IMG/VR virus record: IMGVR_UViG_3300027833_000013
Coordinates: 32,001 to 96,000 of that record
Reading direction: 5' to 3' (one strand)
DNA: 64,000 nucleotides
Source of the DNA: a virus
In this document: positions 57,971-64,000 of the stretch, in pieces
Position numbering within the stretch: the stretch's first letter is position 1
How the letters are laid out: each line of letters starts with the position of its first letter
The notes under the pieces: model-generated
Told to the model about the DNA's origin: nothing
Databases searched by the model: none
What the model saw: only the letters and a program-made list of their open reading frames with translations
Program-made: the position numbers and the translations under genes

Positions 57971-58738
57971 ATGTGTAATGTTTTTATACCAGAAGGTAAA
58001 GTTGTACGCCCAGGTACAATACAAGATTTAACTTCAGAAAGTGCATCGTTAGATTCGCAAGCATTTAATTATACAGGCGAAGCATCAAATCTTGAAGGCG
58101 ATTATCCAGGATCAATTGGCGGCCTAAATTCAAATTCTGGATCACCTATTGCATATGCTAATCCGGGCCCTGTTCCTAGCGGCCCTGGATACTTAAAAAT
58201 GAAAGCGTTACTTGATAATGTAATTTCAGCAGATTGGAAAGAAAAAGGCCGCCCGGGAAATCCTAATATCTTAGCCTGTTATGATGCTTGCGGACTATCT
58301 TATGATCGAGATACTGGATCAAGTGCTTATTATTGGTGTGCGGCATTTGTAAGTTATATACTAAAAACAGCAGGTATCCAAAGTCTAAGCTCAATGAGTA
58401 GTCAAGCATATCGAAATTATGGATCTGAAGTAGACTGGAGAACATTAGATAAAATTCGATATTTAGATATAGTAGTTTTTAAGTCTAAAACAAGAACCGG
58501 AGGACATATTGGATTTATTGTTGGTGCAGATGCAACGACTAATAAACTTAAAGTGTTAGGCGGAAACCAAGGAGACGATGCAAAAGTAACAACTTACAGT
58601 GTTGAAACCTCTAAACAGTATGTTATTAACATAAAGCGTAACTGGAACGTTCCTGCAGAATATGACAAGCCATTATTTGGCGAAAATAAATTAGATATAG
58701 ACGCTGTTTCAACAGGCACAAACAGCACTACAGTATAA
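57971..58738 (+). CDS. TIGR02594-like (CHAP/NlpC-type) cell-wall peptidase
   Basis: NPNI, WCAAFVS, DIVVF, GHIGF, LGGNQ. Confidence 0.8.
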   Translation: MCNVFIPEGKVVRPGTIQDLTSESASLDSQAFNYTGEASNLEGDYPGSIGGLNSNSGSPIAYANPGPVPSGPGYLKMKALLDNVISADWKEKGRPGNPNILACYDACGLSYDRDTGSSAYYWCAAFVSYILKTAGIQSLSSMSSQAYRNYGSEVDWRTLDKIRYLDIVVFKSKTRTGGHIGFIVGADATTNKLKVLGGNQGDDAKVTTYSVETSKQYVINIKRNWNVPAEYDKPLFGENKLDIDAVSTGTNSTTV

Positions 58739-58751
58739 GGCTAAATATAGT

Positions 58752-59201
58752 ATGAGCACATTAGAAAAGGATATGTACGAAAGAATTAAGGTGACTGGAG
58801 CAAAGAAAGCTCCATCACAGCCTAATTCTGCACGAGCATATAGAGGGTTAAGTACAACAAACCCAAATAACGCTTCGTCTACATTGTACGATCTTGCATT
58901 AATTAAGCAAGACTTAATAAATCACTTTCATATAAGACAAGGTGAAAAATTAGAAAACCCTGAGTTTGGTACAATTATATGGGAAGTGTTATTTGAACCA
59001 ATGACAGATGATTTAAAAGGCGCTATTGCAAAAAATGTCACTGATATTGTAAATTACGATCCGAGAGTTCAGGTAGATCTAGTAACTGTTGATGCATTTG
59101 AAACAGGTATTCAAATTGAATTAGACTTAACATATCTTCCTTACAACATATCTGAATCTATGCGCTTAACATTTGATGAAAGCAATGGATTAATATCGTA
59201 A
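58752..59201 (+). CDS. gp25: Baseplate wedge protein gp25
   Basis: LIKQDL.NHF.IRQGE..ENPEFG, YDPRV. Confidence 0.9.
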   Translation: MSTLEKDMYERIKVTGAKKAPSQPNSARAYRGLSTTNPNNASSTLYDLALIKQDLINHFHIRQGEKLENPEFGTIIWEVLFEPMTDDLKGAIAKNVTDIVNYDPRVQVDLVTVDAFETGIQIELDLTYLPYNISESMRLTFDESNGLIS

Positions 59202-59259
59202 ATTATATACGCACTTATCCTAAACTAATAAATACTGTGAGTGAAGGAAACCATAAACT

Positions 59260-62200
59260 ATGTCAACTACAGATAGACAAAACAGGTTATTAGTAGCCGA
59301 AAATTGGAAGCGTATATACCAAAGTTTTCGCAATGCTGATTTTCAAAGCTACGACTTTGATAACCTAAGAAGAACAATGATAGCATACCTTAGGACTAAT
59401 TATCCTGAGGATTTTAACGATTATATCGAGTCTAGCGAATATCTTGCGCTGATAGATTTAATTGCATTTTTAGGCCAAAATATTTCCTTCCGTATTGACC
59501 TAAATGCAAGAGAAAACTTTTTAGAATTAGCAGAGCGTAGAGAATCAGTTCTCCGTTTAGCACGGTTACTTTCTTACAACCCAAAACGTAACCAAGCGGC
59601 CCAGGGACTTTTAAAAGTAACAAGTGTTTCAACAACTGAAGAGGTTGTAGACAGTAATAACTTTAATTTAGCAAATCAACAAATACAATGGAACGACCCA
59701 ACTAACACAGATTGGTATGAGCAATTTATTAAAGTAATGAATTCTGCACTACCTGCTAATGGAACTTTTGGACGCCCACTTAAAAAAGAAATTGTCGACG
59801 GTGTTCCAAATGAACAGTACAGATTTAATGCTGTTAATACTGACATTCCGACATACGGATTTACTAAAACAGTACAAGGAAAATCACTACAATTTGAGGT
59901 AGTGTCTACAGATTTAAATACTGATACAAAAAACGCTGAAGAAGAAATTCCGTTGACTGCAAATAGTTTTGCGTATCTTTATAAAGACGATAGTCGCGGA
60001 CCTGCAAGTAGTAATACTGGATTCTTTTGTACTTTCAAACAAGGCTCATTAGATAGCGGACAATTTGTAGTTAATACTCCGACAACTAATCAAGTAATTG
60101 ATATCGATGCGGCAAACATTAATAACGATGATGTTTGGCTTTACAAGTTAGATGCATCTGGACAAGAGTCAGAATATTGGACAAAGGTTGATGCTGTTGA
60201 AGGCAACAATATTATCTATAATAGTGTTAGTAAAAAAATTAGATCAGTTTACAGTGTACTTACTCGAGTAAGTGATAGAATTAGTTTAGTGTTTTCAGAC
60301 GGTACATTTGGAGAACTACCACAAGGCGTATTTAAAGTATTTTACCGTACTAGTAATAATCAAAGTTATGTAATTAAACCAACCGACATGACAGGAATTC
60401 AAATTAAAGTCCCTTATTTAAGTAGAAGTAATACTGTTGAAACAATTACGCTTAATTTAGAATTAAAATATACTGTTGCTAATAGTTCTACAAGCGAAAC
60501 TAACGAAAGCATTAAGCAAAATGCACCTTCGACTTATTATACCCAAAATAGAATGGTAACAGCAGAAGACTACAACGTTGCTCCGTTAGGCATAAGTCAA
60601 GACATTATTAAAGTAAAATCAGTTAATAGATTTGCAAGTGGAATTAGTAGATATTATGATTTGTTAGATGCAACTGGAAAATATAGTAGTACAAATTTGT
60701 ATGCAAATGACGGCATTATATATAAAGAAAATTTAGTTAATAAAGATAGCTTTACCTATATAACACAAACAGACATTGAAAGTGCTATTACAAATAAAAT
60801 AGAACCTATTTTAAAAGATCGAAGAGTTTTAAATTATTACCTAACAAACTTTACAAAAGTTATTACATCTGATTTAAAAGCAGAGTGGGTACAAACTACT
60901 AGCGACACTAATAGAGGGACAGGACACTTAATAGACGAAAGTGATGTAAAGTACAAAGTTGGTACTTTTACAGCAAACAACCTGCGCTTACTAGAAGCAG
61001 GGTCGCTTCTTAAGTTTGAAGCCCCAACAGGTTACCACTTCTTAGTAGGTGATAAGACAACATTAATTGCAGGAGCAGTCGGCGCACCTAATACACTAAT
61101 GTATAAGTGGGTAAAAGTAATTAGTGTAAATGGCGACGGTACTACAAACACTACATCGGGCCTAGGACCTATTGTGCTTAACGATAGTATTCCGACACAG
61201 GCGCTATTAACAGAAATTAGACCTAAACTAACTACAAGTATTAATGATTCAGTTAAAGTACAAATTATTGACCAAGCATTTGCAAATAATACATTTGGAC
61301 TGCGCTATGATGTTGGTACTAGACAGTGGAGACTTATTACTGAAGTAAACTTAGATACAATTAGTGATTTTAGTACAGGAAAAACCGGCGATGTTAGCAG
61401 TCAAAACTTAGATGCAAGTTGGTTATTATGGTTTAAAACTGACGGCGAAAAATACAATATTACATATCGGGCAATGCGTTATGTATATGAAAGTGATAAC
61501 GAAATTAAATTCTATTACGATAGCAGTGATAAAATTTATGATAATAAAACTGGTAAAATTATTAAAGATAAAATTCAAGTATTAAGTATTAATACACAGC
61601 CTATGTTAACTTTACCGTTTACATCTGACTACAATTTTGAAATTACAAAAGAATATAGAGATGCCGACGGCTATGTAGATTCAAAGAAAGTAGAAATATC
61701 ATTCTTTGATGCTGATGATGACGGCGTAGTTGATAATCCAGGATCGTTTGTTGACATTGTTAATGAAACTGTTTCCCCTACTACAAAGTATATATTTCAA
61801 AAGAAATACACTACAACCGACGGTGTTGAAGATTATCAATATGTAACACAAACGTCACAAAACATATTAGTGCTTACATCTGAATCGGCTATAGGAGCAT
61901 ATAGTTCTTATGATGCATTAACTATCTTTTTCGCAATTGACACAGGGTTATTCAAACAGTTATCGTCAGATAAACTTTTACTAACGCAAATATCAAATTT
62001 TAAAGCATTTATTGGTAGAGCAGATTTAAAATTTAGATATGTACATGCCGCAGATAATAACAAGCGGATTGATCCTAGTAGTACCAACTTAATAGACACG
62101 TACTTGTTAACAAGATTGTATGACACCAGTTACAGAAAATGGCTAAATGGTGATCTTACAACAAAGCCATTACCGCCTAGCAGTGATCAACTGTATAGAA

Positions 62201-62736
62201 GTTACGGCGCTGAGTTAGATAAGATTAAAAGTATTAGTGACGAAGTAATATACCATCCAGTAAAGTACAAAATACTTTTTGGATCAGCCGCGGAGAATAG
62301 TTTGCAAGCAACGTTTAAAATTGTTAAAAATACAGAAACTGTATCCAACGATAATGAAGTAAAGTCAAATGTAATTAATGCAATGAATGAATATTTTAGT
62401 TTGGAAAACTGGGAGTTTGGTGAATCATTTTACTTCTCAGAACTCTCAACTTACATAATGAATCAACTTGCACCTTCAATTAGTTCTATAGTAATTGTTC
62501 CAAGCGACGACTTACTATCATTTGGATCGTTGTATGAAATAAACTCAGAATCTGATGAAATTTTCATAAGTGGTGCAACTGTAGAAAATGTAGAAATAAT
62601 AGATACTATTACTGCAACTAAACTAAAATCCTCAGGCACTGTTATTACAGCAAGCACTGAAGTTTCAAATACTGGAATACAAAGTTCGAGTACTGCATAT
62701 ACGTCCACTATCAACACCGGAGGCTCGAGCTACTAA
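59260..62736 (+). CDS. gp6: Baseplate wedge protein gp6-like
   Basis: YDFDNLR, ENFLE.A.RRESV..LA..L.Y.P, FSDG.FG..P, QNRMVTAEDY; late promoter AATAAATA 59227-59234. Confidence 0.88.
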   Translation: MSTTDRQNRLLVAENWKRIYQSFRNADFQSYDFDNLRRTMIAYLRTNYPEDFNDYIESSEYLALIDLIAFLGQNISFRIDLNARENFLELAERRESVLRLARLLSYNPKRNQAAQGLLKVTSVSTTEEVVDSNNFNLANQQIQWNDPTNTDWYEQFIKVMNSALPANGTFGRPLKKEIVDGVPNEQYRFNAVNTDIPTYGFTKTVQGKSLQFEVVSTDLNTDTKNAEEEIPLTANSFAYLYKDDSRGPASSNTGFFCTFKQGSLDSGQFVVNTPTTNQVIDIDAANINNDDVWLYKLDASGQESEYWTKVDAVEGNNIIYNSVSKKIRSVYSVLTRVSDRISLVFSDGTFGELPQGVFKVFYRTSNNQSYVIKPTDMTGIQIKVPYLSRSNTVETITLNLELKYTVANSSTSETNESIKQNAPSTYYTQNRMVTAEDYNVAPLGISQDIIKVKSVNRFASGISRYYDLLDATGKYSSTNLYANDGIIYKENLVNKDSFTYITQTDIESAITNKIEPILKDRRVLNYYLTNFTKVITSDLKAEWVQTTSDTNRGTGHLIDESDVKYKVGTFTANNLRLLEAGSLLKFEAPTGYHFLVGDKTTLIAGAVGAPNTLMYKWVKVISVNGDGTTNTTSGLGPIVLNDSIPTQALLTEIRPKLTTSINDSVKVQIIDQAFANNTFGLRYDVGTRQWRLITEVNLDTISDFSTGKTGDVSSQNLDASWLLWFKTDGEKYNITYRAMRYVYESDNEIKFYYDSSDKIYDNKTGKIIKDKIQVLSINTQPMLTLPFTSDYNFEITKEYRDADGYVDSKKVEISFFDADDDGVVDNPGSFVDIVNETVSPTTKYIFQKKYTTTDGVEDYQYVTQTSQNILVLTSESAIGAYSSYDALTIFFAIDTGLFKQLSSDKLLLTQISNFKAFIGRADLKFRYVHAADNNKRIDPSSTNLIDTYLLTRLYDTSYRKWLNGDLTTKPLPPSSDQLYRSYGAELDKIKSISDEVIYHPVKYKILFGSAAENSLQATFKIVKNTETVSNDNEVKSNVINAMNEYFSLENWEFGESFYFSELSTYIMNQLAPSISSIVIVPSDDLLSFGSLYEINSESDEIFISGATVENVEIIDTITATKLKSSGTVITASTEVSNTGIQSSSTAYTSTINTGGSSY

Positions 62737-64000
62737 TGGCTTATAATGATGACCAAAACGAATATCCACTTCCAGTTAATGGCAAATCTAATAGAAAGTC
62801 TGCGGAGTTACTTCCGAGATACTTCCGTACTGAGACAAATACTAAGTTTTTAAACGCAACATTAGATCAGGTTACTACGCCTGGCACTGCAAAAAAACTT
62901 AATGGGTATTATGGCAGAAAAACTGCAAATGCATATTCTCCTAAAGATATCTATTTAGGAGATGTTACAGCTCAACGAGAAACTTATCAGTTAGAACCGT
63001 CGTTAATATCTAAAGACTTACTCGGCAATGTATTATTTTATAAAGATTATAATGATTTTAGAAATCAACTTAGTGTATTAGGCGGTAGTGTATCAAATGA
63101 AAGTTTATTAAACAGCCAAGAGTACTATGCATGGAACCCTAATTTAGATTGGGATAAACTTGCTAACTTTAGAGAATATTACTGGTTACCAAATGGTCCT
63201 GCAAACGTAACAGTCTTTGGCCAAAATGATGATGTAACTAGTACGTACACAGTTTCAAGTGTAGATAATTTAGGCAATAGAGGATACACATTTAACGGTA
63301 ATTTAACACAAAATCCAACATTAGAATTATATAGAGGTCAAACTTACATATTTGATATAGATGCCGCTGGGTTGCCACTTACTTTCAGAACATCGAGAGC
63401 TATCGAAAGCGATAACGAGTATGCAATCGGCATAACTAATTCAGGAACTGATACTGGATCGATTACGTTTACTGTGCCACTTGAAGCACCAGACAGATTA
63501 TACTATGTTGCCCAAACAGATATTAATACTGGTGGAACAATTAGAATTGCAGATATAGAATCAAACACTTCTATAGATGTTGCAACTGATATTTTAAATA
63601 AAAAAACATACACTACTGCAAATGGATTTGCATTAATGAATGGTATGAAAATTAAGTTTGAAGGAACTGTTACTCCTGAAATATATGCAACCAATACCTG
63701 GTATGTTGAAGGTGTCGGTGACAAGATTAAATTAATTAAAGATACTGATCTTACTATTCCGCAAGCATATTCCGCAGACATCAATGTATTGTTTGATGCT
63801 AATCCTTTTGATAATTTACCTTATAGTAGAGCAAACTCTTATAGTGCAACAAAAGATTATATTGTTATTAATCGTAGTTCACCTGATAAAAGTGCTTGGG
63901 CAAGAAACAACAGATGGTTCCACAAATCAGTGCTTGAAAAAACAGCTGAACTAAATGGTGAAGTATTTAACATTGATCAAAGTGCAAGAGCAAAGCGTCC
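62736..64000 (+). CDS. Large baseplate protein (gp7-like position), partial
   Basis: Not in the track; ATG overlaps the gp6 stop; MAYNDDQNEYPLP...LLPRYFRT..N.KFL...YQLEP...NFREYYWLP; appears open to the window end. Confidence 0.7.
   Translation, partial: MAYNDDQNEYPLPVNGKSNRKSAELLPRYFRTETNTKFLNATLDQVTTPGTAKKLNGYYGRKTANAYSPKDIYLGDVTAQRETYQLEPSLISKDLLGNVLFYKDYNDFRNQLSVLGGSVSNESLLNSQEYYAWNPNLDWDKLANFREYYWLPNGPANVTVFGQNDDVTSTYTVSSVDNLGNRGYTFNGNLTQNPTLELYRGQTYIFDIDAAGLPLTFRTSRAIESDNEYAIGITNSGTDTGSITFTVPLEAPDRLYYVAQTDINTGGTIRIADIESNTSIDVATDILNKKTYTTANGFALMNGMKIKFEGTVTPEIYATNTWYVEGVGDKIKLIKDTDLTIPQAYSADINVLFDANPFDNLPYSRANSYSATKDYIVINRSSPDKSAWARNNRWFHKSVLEKTAELNGEVFNIDQSARAKR

Overview
About 64 kb of an AT-rich, large T4-like (myovirus) phage genome, read in the standard genetic code. 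It is probably aquatic, but the host cannot be determined from this window. The left 44 kb, on the minus strand, is a late morphogenesis region. It holds the tape measure, portal (gp20), core/scaffold proteins, prohead protease (gp21), major capsid (gp23), a tRNA-Gly(TCC) and a very large set of fibre/appendage genes. These include two pairs of 1,400-1,700 aa paralogues, small adaptor-like proteins, three Cys-rich paralogues and a glycosyltransferase / SGNH / carbamoyltransferase cassette. The middle carries gp26/gp51-like genes, a GIY-YIG protein followed by about 520 nt of structured non-coding sequence, gp46/gp47 and the late sigma factor gp55. The right end, on the plus strand, is the baseplate module. 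Most notable observations: (1) repeated domains in fibre proteins match the phycobiliprotein chromophore helix (KCxRDxxYxLxxxTYxxxxGG) in register; (2) a candidate virion-modification system pairs Cys-rich proteins with glycosyl-, acyl- and carbamoyl-transfer enzymes; (3) a canonical -1 frameshift joins the gp26- and gp51-like frames; (4) a large candidate ncRNA or origin lies behind the GIY-YIG gene; (5) some late leaders are structured. All product calls come from motifs recognised by eye; no database search was run.
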